Assembly (NCBI GenBank): GCA_965242675.1
Contig: CBDESW010000004.1
Coordinates: 301,862-365,861 of the forward strand
Length of the DNA stretch: 64,000 bases
Direction of reading: 5' to 3'
Source: Dehalococcoidia bacterium
GTDB taxonomy: Bacteria; Chloroflexota; Dehalococcoidia; Lucifugimonadales; UBA1123
How positions within the stretch are numbered: the stretch's first letter is position 1; each line of letters opens with the position of its first letter. The position numbers were made by a program, and so were the translations under genes. The notes under the pieces are model-generated. The model had not been told where the DNA came from and ran no database searches. It saw only the letters and a list, made by a program, of their open reading frames with translations. This document shows, one piece after another, positions 9,846-19,143 of this stretch.

Positions 9846-10946
9846 ATGAAAACCCGCGCGCCATTCCTAGCCCTAGCCGCTGCCGCAGCCATAACCCTCA
9901 TGGCGCTGGCGGCGGTTGCTTGCGGCGAAGCCTTGCAAGGCGAGCGCATAGCGTTCACTGTGTCCGGCGCGCCGTCCAGAGACACAGCGCTTGGCATGGG
10001 CGGCAATGTGGATATATACGCGATGAACCCGGACGGATCCGGTGTGAGACGTCTTACCAAAAATCGCGCTTACGACTGGAACCCCGTCTGGTCGCCTGAC
10101 GGACAGCGCATCGCTTTCGTATCCGAACGGGACGGCAATTTGGAGATATACGTGATGAACGCCGACGGCTCAGGCGTGACTAGGCTTACCAATAATGATG
10201 TCTCCGACCTAAACCCGGTGTGGTCGCCTGACGGACAGCGCATCGCTTTCATCTCTGAATACTACGACGACATAGGTCGGGTGGCGGCGTCGGAGATATA
10301 TGCAATGAACGCGGACGGCTCCGGGATAACGCGACTGGTCAACGACGTAGCTAGGCGAACTACCCCCGCTTGGTCGCCTGACGGACGCCGCATCGCTTTC
10401 GCCTCCATCCGAGACGGCAACGGGGACATATACTTGGTGAATACGGACGGAACCGAGATAACGCGACTCACCCATCACGAAGCTGGCGATGCGCAACCCG
10501 CTTGGTCGCCTGACGGACGCCGCATTGCCTTCGTATCCGACCGAGACGTCGTCCGTCCGGCGACTCCCTCGGCATCGGAGATATACTCAATGAACGCGGA
10601 CGGCTCCGGCCTGACTCGGCTTACCAACAATGACTTGGTGGACTGGAACCCCGTCTGGTCGCCGGACGGGCAACGCATCGCGTTCAGTTCTTCTCACGGA
10701 CACGGACACTCGTCCATATGGACGATGAACGCGGACGGTTCTGAGACAACTCAGTTCTTCGGCGGACACAATCCGGTTTGGTCGCCGGACGGCCAGCGCA
10801 TCGCTTTCATTGACTACCCAGGCTATGGCGACATAATAAAGGGCGATTACGAGATATACGTGATGAACGCCGACGGCTCAGGCGCAACGCAACTTACCGA
10901 TAACGACGTTAACGATTTTTACATGTCCTGGCGCCCCGCGCCCTAA
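9846..10946 (+). CDS. PD40/TolB-like beta-propeller lipoprotein, paralogue 4
   Basis: Lipobox AAVAC, PD40 blade consensus, conserved leader, ends in SWRPAP. Confidence 0.85.
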   Translation: MKTRAPFLALAAAAAITLMALAAVACGEALQGERIAFTVSGAPSRDTALGMGGNVDIYAMNPDGSGVRRLTKNRAYDWNPVWSPDGQRIAFVSERDGNLEIYVMNADGSGVTRLTNNDVSDLNPVWSPDGQRIAFISEYYDDIGRVAASEIYAMNADGSGITRLVNDVARRTTPAWSPDGRRIAFASIRDGNGDIYLVNTDGTEITRLTHHEAGDAQPAWSPDGRRIAFVSDRDVVRPATPSASEIYSMNADGSGLTRLTNNDLVDWNPVWSPDGQRIAFSSSHGHGHSSIWTMNADGSETTQFFGGHNPVWSPDGQRIAFIDYPGYGDIIKGDYEIYVMNADGSGATQLTDNDVNDFYMSWRPAP

Positions 10947-10973
10947 CCCGCCCGCGAACCGGAGAACGCCATT

Positions 10974-12152
10974 ATGAAAACCCGCGCGCCATTCCTAGCC
11001 CTAGCCGCAGCCATAGCCATAACCCTCATGGCGCTGGTGGCTTGCGGCGGGCAGTCCGTTGCGGACGCCACGCCAATCGCCTCGCAGCGAGCGACGCCGA
11101 CAGCGACGCCCGCGCCCACAGTCGCTCCCACTTCGACGCCCTCGCCCACCGCAACCCCAAGCGCCGCGCAAGGCGAGCGCATCGCGTTCGCATCAGAACG
11201 GGATGGCAATTGGGAGATTTACTCGATGAACCCGGACGGAAGCGCGGCGCGGCGGCTCACCGAGCATGACGCTATTGACCGGGAACCCGTCTGGTCGCCG
11301 GACGGACAGCGCATCGCGTTCGTATCCAATAGAGACGGCAAGTGGGGGATATACGCGATGCTCCCGGACGGAAGCGCGGCGAGCCGCATTGCTAAACATG
11401 ACGCTCACGACTGGAACCCCGTCTGGTCGCCGGATGGACAGCGCATCGCTTTCATCTCCGACCGAGACGCCGACCAGTCGCATTCCCCTGCGACGAGGGA
11501 GATATATTCAATGAACGCCGACGGAACCGAGATAATTAGGCTTACCGACAACGACTTTGAAGATGACGCCCCCGCTTGGTCGCCGGACGGACAACGCATC
11601 GCTTTCGTATCCAAACGAGACGGCAACGCGGACATATACGCGGTGAACGCCGACGGAACCGGGATAACGCGGCTTACCACTCACGCCTCCGCTGATTGGC
11701 AACCCGCTTGGTCGCCGGACGGGAGCCGCATCGCCTTTGTATCACTGCGAGACGCCGACATGTCGTATTTTCCTCCCGCGACGGAAATATATTCAATGAA
11801 CGCGGACGGCTCCGACCTGACTCGTCTTACCAACAACGACTTGGTGGACTGGGATCCCGTCTGGTCGCCTGACGGGCGCCGCATCGCTTTCAACGCTTCT
11901 AGCGGACACGCCCACTCGTTCATATGGACGATGAACGCGGACGGTTCCGGGGCAGTCACACTTTCTCGCGGTCACAGCCAGGTTTGGTCGCCGGACGGAC
12001 TTCGCATCGCTTTAGTCGACTACCCAGGTAATGGCGATATAATAAGGGGCGACACGGAACTATACGCGGTGGACGTCGACGGCTCCGAGATAACGCAACT
12101 TACCGACAACGACGTTGACGATTTGCGCCCATCCTGGCGTCCCGCGCCTTAG
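10974..12152 (+). CDS. PD40/TolB-like beta-propeller lipoprotein, paralogue 5 (with Pro/Thr linker)
   Basis: Lipobox LVAC, a TPTATPAPTVAPTSTPSPTATPS linker, PD40 blades, ends in SWRPAP. Its stop overlaps the convergent gene by 4 nt. Confidence 0.85.
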   Translation: MKTRAPFLALAAAIAITLMALVACGGQSVADATPIASQRATPTATPAPTVAPTSTPSPTATPSAAQGERIAFASERDGNWEIYSMNPDGSAARRLTEHDAIDREPVWSPDGQRIAFVSNRDGKWGIYAMLPDGSAASRIAKHDAHDWNPVWSPDGQRIAFISDRDADQSHSPATREIYSMNADGTEIIRLTDNDFEDDAPAWSPDGQRIAFVSKRDGNADIYAVNADGTGITRLTTHASADWQPAWSPDGSRIAFVSLRDADMSYFPPATEIYSMNADGSDLTRLTNNDLVDWDPVWSPDGRRIAFNASSGHAHSFIWTMNADGSGAVTLSRGHSQVWSPDGLRIALVDYPGNGDIIRGDTELYAVDVDGSEITQLTDNDVDDLRPSWRPAP

Positions 12153-13036
12153 CCTGCCTCCGCCGCGCTTTCCAGCGGACTGTCATCAGCGCACTCGCGC
12201 TCGGCGATGGCGCGGCTGCGCTGGTAGTGCATCAAGCCGAGCGCGACGCTGGCGCTGGATAGCAGAACCGCCGAGCCGAGTATGAATCTGAACGGTCCGG
12301 GGTCGAAACTCTCCAGTAGCGCGAACAGCGTCAGCGCGAAGCCGGTGAGTCCGGCGGCGGCGTAAACTGTCAGCGACATGCGCTCGCCCAGTTTGCCCGA
12401 TATTCGGCTGAGCAGCGCGGCGAGCGCGGCGTACACCGCCATGTTCGCGCCCACGGCTATCCCCACCTCCGCGAAATCCCCGCCGGTGGACGCGGCGGTT
12501 ATCGCGCCGTGAAACCACAGCCCCTCTATGATTTCCGCCCCCACGATGGCGGTCAGAATGTAGATGGCGGTCTTCAGATGCGCGTATTCCCTATCCGTGA
12601 CCGCCAGCGAAACCAGCCCGGCGTATGTGCCGCACAGCCCCACGCCGAGCAGCGAGAACATCGCCTTGAGCGCCGCGTTGGCGCTGTTGAACTCCACCCA
12701 CACCTGCCACACCAGCATGAGAAGCCCGGCGATTGTGACGGACGCCCAGAGCGCGGGCGCGCAAACGCCTATCCGACGCGGAATCGCGCCGCCGCTCCGC
12801 GCGCCGAATCCGCCCCTGCCGGCGACAATGGCGTTCAGCGCGCCCGCCAGCGTCACCCCGCCGATGATTAGCTGGCTGTAGAGCAGCTTGGCGAAGCTGC
12901 CCGATATGTCGAACCGCAGCGACACCAGCGCCAGCGCCAGCCACATCCCCACAGACAGCACGACGACCCACGCGAACAGCTTGAGCGCGATGGTCGCGAG
13001 GTCGCTGGAAGTGTCTATCCGAAGCGCGTCTTTCAT
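12149..13036 (-). CDS. Polytopic membrane protein, function unknown
   Basis: 295 aa, hydrophobic throughout with about 8 predicted TM segments. No recognisable motif. The reading frame is supported only by length and hydrophobic periodicity. Confidence 0.5.
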   Translation of the reverse strand: MKDALRIDTSSDLATIALKLFAWVVVLSVGMWLALALVSLRFDISGSFAKLLYSQLIIGGVTLAGALNAIVAGRGGFGARSGGAIPRRIGVCAPALWASVTIAGLLMLVWQVWVEFNSANAALKAMFSLLGVGLCGTYAGLVSLAVTDREYAHLKTAIYILTAIVGAEIIEGLWFHGAITAASTGGDFAEVGIAVGANMAVYAALAALLSRISGKLGERMSLTVYAAAGLTGFALTLFALLESFDPGPFRFILGSAVLLSSASVALGLMHYQRSRAIAERECADDSPLESAAEAG

Positions 13037-13110
13037 GGCGATGCTCCTGATTTTCCGATTTCTGAAGGGCGGCTTGCATGCATCTTAGCGCAAAACGCGG
13101 CGCGGCGCTT

Positions 13111-13292
13111 TTGTCAGAATCAGGTTTCATAGGATTAGGGATTCGCGGGATTTCGTTTCGCGCAACCCGCGTTTTTTGGGTTCGCCGTTGGCGTCCGCAA
13201 CCCTCTGGATTCCCGCTTTCGCGGGAATGACGGGGTGGAAATCCGGGCGAATCCTGAAAATCCCATAATCCCGCAAATCCTGATTCTCACAA
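13111..13292. mobile_element. MITE-like element, copy 1 (TIR TTGTCAGAATCAGG / CCTGATTCTCACAA)
   Basis: Inverted termini at 13111-13124 and 13279-13292 with GGATT-rich subterminal repeats. It carries a nested copy of the GGATTCCCGCTTTCGCGGGAATGACGGGG hairpin (13205-13235). No ORF. Confidence 0.7.
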
Positions 13293-13303
13293 AACGCGCG
13301 CGC

Positions 13304-14638
13304 CTACAAACCGCCGCCGTCCCCATCCCCGCCGTGATGCCGCGCCACGTGGCGGTAAGTCGCCGACACCAGATAGCCGCCCAGCGCCGTCGCTATGTAC
13401 GCGATGACCGCCGTCGCCATCAGCGCCAAGCCGAGGCGGTAGCGCTCCAGCGTTTCCTCCGGCGGGTAGCCTATCCGCGCGTAATCGACCTCCCACTCCA
13501 TAAACAGGTTGTGGTCGGGGAACGCCAGCGGGCTGGGGGACAGATAGGCGACTATCCCGCCCGCCGAGCCGACTAGGCACAGCGCCGCGATGACGGCGAC
13601 CGCCGCGATTAGGCTCATCTTCGCCTCCCACTCCGAGAGCGTCACGGCGTCGTCTTGGAAGGCGAGAATGGCGGTGAACGCGCCGAAAGTCACGCCCAGC
13701 GCGACCAGGTGGAAGAACCAGCCGCCTTCGTTGACGAACACCAGCATGTTGCCGAAGACGAACAGGCAGGGCGGCAGCGCCGTCCACATCGCGCGGGCGA
13801 AGGCGGAGCGAGGGCCATTGACCGAATACATCCTGATGCGCAGCGCGTCGAAGGCGAGCGACGCCGCCAGCGCCAGCGCGAGATGGGCGAAGAACGTCAG
13901 CAGAAGAAAAGTCCACTCGCCGCCCCAAGGGACGAGCGCGAAGAAGCCGAAATGATCCATCCGCGTGATGGAGAACATGAGCAACGAGGCGTTCAGCACG
14001 AAGAACAGCGATATGAAGAACAGCTCGCTGGTGGCGTCCGCGCGCCGCCAGCGCAGGACGCCCTGCCCGCCGACTATGGCGAGCGCCGCCGCCGAGTACG
14101 ACGCCTGAACCACGGCGCCGTCCAGCCCCATCGCATTGAGTCCGTAAGCCACCGCGCTGGCGTAGATTCCCGGCCCGGCGGCTCGGCGGAACGTCTCTTT
14201 GGCGAGCGTCCCCGCGTCCATCGCCGCGCGCCGCTCCGCCCTTGTGGGCGAATCCGCCGCCGTCGCGGTTTCGGACTGCGGACGCGCCCTTTGCGCTTGG
14301 GCATAGACTCCGTGCGCCAGCGCCAGCAACTCGGCGGCTTCCGTGTCCGGCTCCGGCGGCGCGTAGCCGGCGAGCGCCATCAGCGCGTCCGTCTCCGGGC
14401 GCGACAGGCGGAGCGCCCCCGCGAAATCCGCCAGAAACCCGCGCGGCGGACGGCGCTCGCCATTCTCCCAACGCCGCAGCGAGGATTCGTCGAGATTGGC
14501 GTAAAGCGGGTCGCCGTCCTTTGACAGCGCCTCAAGCAACGCGCCCCGCGACATGTTGCCGCCGAAGCCGCGCCGATAGAGCGCCAGCAACCCGCCGAGC
14601 CGCTTGAGGTCGGCTTTGTCGCCGTTAGGAATTGTCAT
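13304..14638 (-). CDS. XRE-type HTH domain fused to a polytopic membrane domain, paralogue A
   Basis: Start set at the ATG at 14638 (MTIPNGDKADLKRLGG) by analogy with paralogue B. N-terminal HTH-like region LGGLLALYRRGFGGNMSRGALLEAL...SSLRRWENGERRPPRGFLADFAGALRLSRPETDALMALAGY, followed by about 8 TM segments. Confidence 0.7.
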   Translation of the reverse strand: MTIPNGDKADLKRLGGLLALYRRGFGGNMSRGALLEALSKDGDPLYANLDESSLRRWENGERRPPRGFLADFAGALRLSRPETDALMALAGYAPPEPDTEAAELLALAHGVYAQAQRARPQSETATAADSPTRAERRAAMDAGTLAKETFRRAAGPGIYASAVAYGLNAMGLDGAVVQASYSAAALAIVGGQGVLRWRRADATSELFFISLFFVLNASLLMFSITRMDHFGFFALVPWGGEWTFLLLTFFAHLALALAASLAFDALRIRMYSVNGPRSAFARAMWTALPPCLFVFGNMLVFVNEGGWFFHLVALGVTFGAFTAILAFQDDAVTLSEWEAKMSLIAAVAVIAALCLVGSAGGIVAYLSPSPLAFPDHNLFMEWEVDYARIGYPPEETLERYRLGLALMATAVIAYIATALGGYLVSATYRHVARHHGGDGDGGGL

Positions 14639-14778
14639 AGCCCCGCGCCCCCGCGCATATCGCATCGCCCGAACGCGCGCCGCGCCCGCCGAAGACATGG
14701 GCGCGACGGCGCATTGTTGCCACTATACACGCGAAGGCGGGCGCCCGCAATCGCGCCGCGCCCGTTTTCGCGGTTGAA

Positions 14779-16116
14779 TCAGCCCTCGCTTTCGCCGCTC
14801 GCGCCGCGATGGGCGGCGGCTTGCCGCCGTATCGAGACCACCAGATAGCCGCCCAGCGCAGTCGCCAAATACGCGATTGCGGAGACCGCCATCCACAAAA
14901 ACCCCAGCCGCGCCCGCTCTATCCACTCGCTTTGCGGGTAGCCCAGCCGCTCCCAATTTATCTCCCAAGACCAGAGCAGATTGTGGTCGGGAATGGCTAT
15001 CGGGCTGGGGTCTATGTAGGTGACCAGCGTTCCCGCCGCGCCGACCGCGCACAGCAGGATGATGACGGCGACCGCCGCGACCAGCGCCATTTTCGCCTCC
15101 CAATCCGACAGCGCAACGCGGCGGTCGCCGAACGCGAGGATGGCGGTGAACGCGCCGAATATGACGCCGAGCGTTATCAGAAAGAATATCCACGCGCCGA
15201 CATTGGCGAAAAGCAGAATGTTGGCATAGACGAACAGGCACGGCGGCAGAGTCGTCCACGCGGCGCGGGCGAAGGCTCCGCCCGCGCCATCGCGCCCGTA
15301 CCGCCGGCTCCGCAACGCCCCGAAGGCGACGGACGCCGCCAAAGCGAGCGCCAGATTCGCCATGAGCGCCATGAGCAGGGGAATCGACGTGTCCGCCCAG
15401 TCCCAAAGCGCGAAGAATCCGTATGTGTCCAAGCCCGTGACCGCGGTTTGGAGCAGCGGCGCGCCAAGCGCGAAGAATACGGACACGAAGAACAGCTCGC
15501 CCGCGTCGTCCGCGCGCCGCCGCCTCAAGACGCCCTGCCCGACGACTATGGCGAGCGCGACGGCGACGTACGCCATGAGCGCCCACGTCCCGTTCTGCCC
15601 CAGCGCGTTCAGAACCCAGCCGACGGCGGCGGCGTAGATTCCGGGCGGAGCCGCCCTGCGGAGCGCGTCTTTGGCGAGCGCGGCGGCGTCCATTGGCGGC
15701 TCCGCCGCCGCCGAATCCACCAGAAACCGAACGCCGCGCCTGATGTCGTCTGTCTTTCGGTCTATGCCGTCCGTCTTTGCCGCTATGCCGCGGACGCCGC
15801 TCAGGGTCTCGGCGCGCTCGGCGGCGGCGGACTCGGCGTAGCCCGCCAGATTCATCAGCGCGTCCAACTCCGCGCGGGACAGGCGAAGCGACTGCGCGAA
15901 GTCCGCCAGAAAATCACGCGGCGGACGCCGAGCGCCGTTCTCCCATCGGCTGATCGCCGAGCGGTCGAGCGCGGCGTACTCGGCTTTCCGCTCCGCCATC
16001 AGCGCGAGCAGGCCGTTCTGCGACAGCCCGCGCCCGCCGCCGAAATCCGTCCGATAAAACCTGAGCAAGCCGCCGAGCCGCTCAAGGTCGCCGCCGTTCC
16101 CCGCTGAATTCGTCAT
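14779..16116 (-). CDS. XRE-type HTH domain fused to a polytopic membrane domain, paralogue B
   Basis: ATG at 16116 (MTNSAGNGGDLERLGG). The architecture and many conserved stretches match paralogue A (RWENGARRPPRDFLADFAQSLRLSRAELDALMNLAGY; C-terminal PDHNLLWSWEINWERLGYP). Confidence 0.7.
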   Translation of the reverse strand: MTNSAGNGGDLERLGGLLRFYRTDFGGGRGLSQNGLLALMAERKAEYAALDRSAISRWENGARRPPRDFLADFAQSLRLSRAELDALMNLAGYAESAAAERAETLSGVRGIAAKTDGIDRKTDDIRRGVRFLVDSAAAEPPMDAAALAKDALRRAAPPGIYAAAVGWVLNALGQNGTWALMAYVAVALAIVVGQGVLRRRRADDAGELFFVSVFFALGAPLLQTAVTGLDTYGFFALWDWADTSIPLLMALMANLALALAASVAFGALRSRRYGRDGAGGAFARAAWTTLPPCLFVYANILLFANVGAWIFFLITLGVIFGAFTAILAFGDRRVALSDWEAKMALVAAVAVIILLCAVGAAGTLVTYIDPSPIAIPDHNLLWSWEINWERLGYPQSEWIERARLGFLWMAVSAIAYLATALGGYLVVSIRRQAAAHRGASGESEG

Positions 16117-16284
16117 ATTCGGATGCCTTTGCACATGCCAAACCGAAAGAGCGCCGCGCTTGTCACAGACGCGGGCGGCGTTTTCCGATACCCATGAAGG
16201 CGCAGACGCGACCTCCCATATCGTAACCGAAGCGCCGCGCCGCCGGCATAGGGGCTGCTCACAAAATTCATAGTCGCAAAACCC

Positions 16285-16764
16285 ATGACAAACCATTTCA
16301 AGACGGTAAAAATCCACCCTAGCGAGCAGCCCAGCCGGCGCCGGACGGCGAAACCGCTGAATTGGGGCGGCGGCGGACGCCGTTCGCTCGGCGCAGGAAC
16401 GGTTTTTGGCGTGGAAACTTCAAACGACCCCAAGCGCGACGAGGAAATCAGGGAAGCGATTGGCATGATCCAGTCGGGGCTGGAAATCCTGTTGAAACGC
16501 CTCGGCGAAGGCGGCGCCCCCATTCCGCTCGCGGCTCTGATCGAAAGCAGGGCGGAGCGGTTCGGAGGACGCCTCACCGACGCCGAACTGGAAGTCCTGA
16601 CGCGCTACGCGGAGGGCGAAACCGTCGCCAGCATAGCCGAATCCCGCCGCATCTCCAAGCGAACGGTCCATAACCAGCTCGGCGCGGCGACCCGCAAACT
16701 CGGCTTCGCCGACAGACGCGAACTGACCGGCTACATAAAAGGCGCCGGCGAATGGCGGCTGTGA
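16285..16764 (+). CDS. Small LuxR/GerE-type HTH transcription regulator
   Basis: C-terminal LTDAELEVLTRYAEGETVASIAESRRISKRTVHNQLGAATRKLGF is a LuxR-type HTH. The start is uncertain. The ATG at 16465, preceded by GGGAAG, would give a 99-aa protein. Confidence 0.6.
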   Translation: MTNHFKTVKIHPSEQPSRRRTAKPLNWGGGGRRSLGAGTVFGVETSNDPKRDEEIREAIGMIQSGLEILLKRLGEGGAPIPLAALIESRAERFGGRLTDAELEVLTRYAEGETVASIAESRRISKRTVHNQLGAATRKLGFADRRELTGYIKGAGEWRL

Positions 16765-16834
16765 GGCGGGCGGCGCCGAACGGCGAAAGCGGCTCGCGCA
16801 AATCGCAAATCATAATCATAAAAGGAGAAGCAAA

Positions 16835-16996
16835 ATGCCTGACATAGCGGCGATCTCATCCCTAGTAGTCTCTGTGGGCGTCCTCGTGGTGTCCGTGGGG
16901 GTGTTCTACCTCGTCACCAAACTCGGCAGCGCGATAGAGCGCCTCGCCGACAACGGCGGCAGGCGGGACGACCGCGACCGGGACGACCGACAGTAG
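16835..16996 (+). CDS. 53-aa single-TM microprotein (below the ORF-track cutoff)
   Basis: AAAGGAGAAG SD ends 5 nt before the ATG at 16835 (core GGAG 7 nt before). Translation: MPDIAAISSLVVSVGVLVVSVGVFYLVTKLGSAIERLADNGGRRDDRDRDDRQ, one hydrophobic helix plus a charged R/D tail. It lies between the LuxR gene and the PD40-chimera gene on the same strand. Confidence 0.45.
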   Translation: MPDIAAISSLVVSVGVLVVSVGVFYLVTKLGSAIERLADNGGRRDDRDRDDRQ

Positions 16997-17085
16997 AACC
17001 CGCCCCAACGCGGCGGCGAACGGCGGGGCGCTCCGGGCGCGCGAGCGTCCGGGACGCCCCGTCCATCAAAGAGGAATGACGCCAA

Positions 17086-19032
17086 TTGAGCGGAATCATA
17101 TCCGGCGAAATCCGTCTCGCGGCGCTGGCGATTGCGCTCGCGCTGGCGGCGGCGGTCGCCTGCGGCGGCGCGCCCGTCGGACGGGAAGCCTTCAGGCACG
17201 ACTTCAACGGCGAGATATACGTCTTCGTGGAGTACGAGGACGAACTCGCCGTATTCGCCGAATCAGGACGCCCCGTATCCTCGAAACGGAACGCGGACGC
17301 CGCGCTGCGCTCATACGTCTGGACGCGGGCGTTCGACGACGCGGACATGTCCGGACTGGCGCAAGCCGCCGACAATGTGGGCGAACTGGATTCGGACATC
17401 GCCAACGCCAGAAGCGCATCCAACGCCGTCGTAGAGGTTTTGGACGAGCTGGACGGCATCGGCGCGTCCATTCCCCTGATGGGGCGCGTGTCCGCCATGG
17501 ACTTGGTCGAATCGGCGTATCCGGGCGTGGACGCCCTGGGCGGCGCGATGCGCGGTCTGGATTCAAGGCTGAACGACTGGGGCGCGGATTCCGAAAACCT
17601 GTCGAACGCGGCGGCGAGCCTGCAGTCGCTGTCCCATTCCCAGCATCTGGACGCGGACGCGGTCGAGAGCGCCTTCAAGAGCGCGGATTCGGCGGCGCGC
17701 GGGCTCGCGGACGCGATTGGCGAGATGGAATCCGCGCTCGACAACGCGATGGACAACGTCTCGCGCCTGGAGCGCGCGTTGCGGAGCGCGTCCGATACGC
17801 CAGTCATCGGCGGCGGACTCGAATCGCTGGCGGACGAAATAGGCGGATCGGCGGGCGGCGCGCTGTCCGACCTCGCCGCGAACCTGAGCGACCTGAAGGG
17901 AGACCTGAACTCCGTCTCAAGGAACTTCGGGCGGGGAACGTCGCAAGCCGAGAGGCGGCACAGAGGCTACGCCGCCAGGTGGACGGGAGACCCGCCGGAC
18001 GCCAGATGGCCTCCGTCCAACCGCGCGAGAAGAAGCCCGCCGCGTCCGGACCCGACGCCCCGCCCGCTCGCCGGCGGGGAATCGACCTCCGCGCCCGATG
18101 GCGTTGCGCCGTCCGCGACCGCCCCGGTGAGAAGAAGCCCGCCGCGTCCGGAGCCGACGCCCCCCGCGCTCGCCGGCGGGGAATCGGCCTCCGCGTCCGC
18201 CGGCTCCGCGCCGTCCGCGCCCGACGCCCAAGCGCCGGCTCCGCTGTCCGCAACGGACAGCCGCCGCGAAGGGCGAATCGCGTTCAACTCCGGGAACCCA
18301 TCCGAGATATACACGATAAACGCCGACGGATCCGGCTTGACGCGCCTCACCGACAACTCCGCCGGCGACTGGCTCCCCGATTGGTCTCCCGACGGACGCA
18401 AGATAGCGTTCGCGTCCAACCGAGACGGCGGCAACGAGATATACGCGATGAACGCCGACGGATCCGGCGTCGCGCGCCTCACCAACACGTCCGGCGGCGG
18501 GTCGGGGTCGCCTTCTTGGTCTCCCGACGGGCGCAAGATAGCGTTCGTATCCGACCGCAACGGGAGCAGCGAGATATACGTGATGGACGCCGACGGCTCC
18601 AACATCGCGCGCGTCACCAACAACTCCATAAATGAGGGCAAACCGTCTTGGTCGCGGGATGGCCGCCGCCTAACCTTCGACGCCTACCCGCAGGGGCTAA
18701 TCTACGCGGCGGACGCCGACGGCTCCAACTTTGAGTCCATAAGGTCGGGCTGGAATCCTGCGTTCTCGCCCGCTAACAACTCGCTCATAGCGTTCGGCGT
18801 CGGCGGACTCGGCGGGATACACGTGACGAACGCCGACGGCTCCAACGTCGCGCGGCTAACCTCGCATGGCGGCGGGGCGGCGTGGTCGCCCGACGGACGG
18901 AGCGTATCGTTCACATCCCGGCGAGACGGCAATGAAAACATCTGCGTGGCGGACGCGGACGGCTCCAACGCCGCATGCCTAACCAGCCACTCCGCCAAGG
19001 ATGAATATCCGTCTTGGGGGCCGGCCCCCTGA
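17086..19032 (+). CDS. Chimeric lipoprotein: Asp/Ser/Ala-rich helical N-domain + Pro-rich repeat linker + PD40 beta-propeller
   Basis: TTG start after AGAGGA. Lipobox AAVAC. About 280 aa of helical low-complexity sequence (ADNVGELDSDIANARSASNAVVEVLDELDG...). A duplicated RRSPPRP(D/E)PTP..LAGGES unit. Then PD40 blades (EIYTINADGSGLTRLTDNSAGDWLPDWSPDGRKIAFASNRDGGNEIY). Ends in SWGPAP. Confidence 0.8.
   Translation: MSGIISGEIRLAALAIALALAAAVACGGAPVGREAFRHDFNGEIYVFVEYEDELAVFAESGRPVSSKRNADAALRSYVWTRAFDDADMSGLAQAADNVGELDSDIANARSASNAVVEVLDELDGIGASIPLMGRVSAMDLVESAYPGVDALGGAMRGLDSRLNDWGADSENLSNAAASLQSLSHSQHLDADAVESAFKSADSAARGLADAIGEMESALDNAMDNVSRLERALRSASDTPVIGGGLESLADEIGGSAGGALSDLAANLSDLKGDLNSVSRNFGRGTSQAERRHRGYAARWTGDPPDARWPPSNRARRSPPRPDPTPRPLAGGESTSAPDGVAPSATAPVRRSPPRPEPTPPALAGGESASASAGSAPSAPDAQAPAPLSATDSRREGRIAFNSGNPSEIYTINADGSGLTRLTDNSAGDWLPDWSPDGRKIAFASNRDGGNEIYAMNADGSGVARLTNTSGGGSGSPSWSPDGRKIAFVSDRNGSSEIYVMDADGSNIARVTNNSINEGKPSWSRDGRRLTFDAYPQGLIYAADADGSNFESIRSGWNPAFSPANNSLIAFGVGGLGGIHVTNADGSNVARLTSHGGGAAWSPDGRSVSFTSRRDGNENICVADADGSNAACLTSHSAKDEYPSWGPAP
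18027..18195 (+). repeat. 102-nt tandem duplication inside the Pro-rich linker
   Basis: GAGAAGAAGCCCGCCGCGTCCGGA(C/G)CCGACGCCCC...CTCGCCGGCGGGGAATCG(A/G)CCTCCGCG occurs at 18027 and again at 18129, a period of 102 nt (34 aa). Confidence 0.85.
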
Positions 19033-19143
19033 TTGGGGACTGACTAACCGGCGTCCGCCGAAAGCGGGCGCTCGCAAGCATCTTGGGCGTCTTCGCCTCA
19101 TCCGCGACGGCGCCGCCTAAACTAGGGAGGACGCGGGAGAAAA

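Noticed and set aside
12132-12152. Conserved extreme C-termini (SWRPAP in PD40 proteins, TFALP in RCC1 proteins) as possible novel sorting signals
   Set aside because: Each is simply the first strand of the next repeat unit (P.WSPDG and ETF.AIS respectively), truncated. This is the usual way a propeller is closed. No hydrophobic or charged tail follows, as it would in known C-terminal sorting tags.
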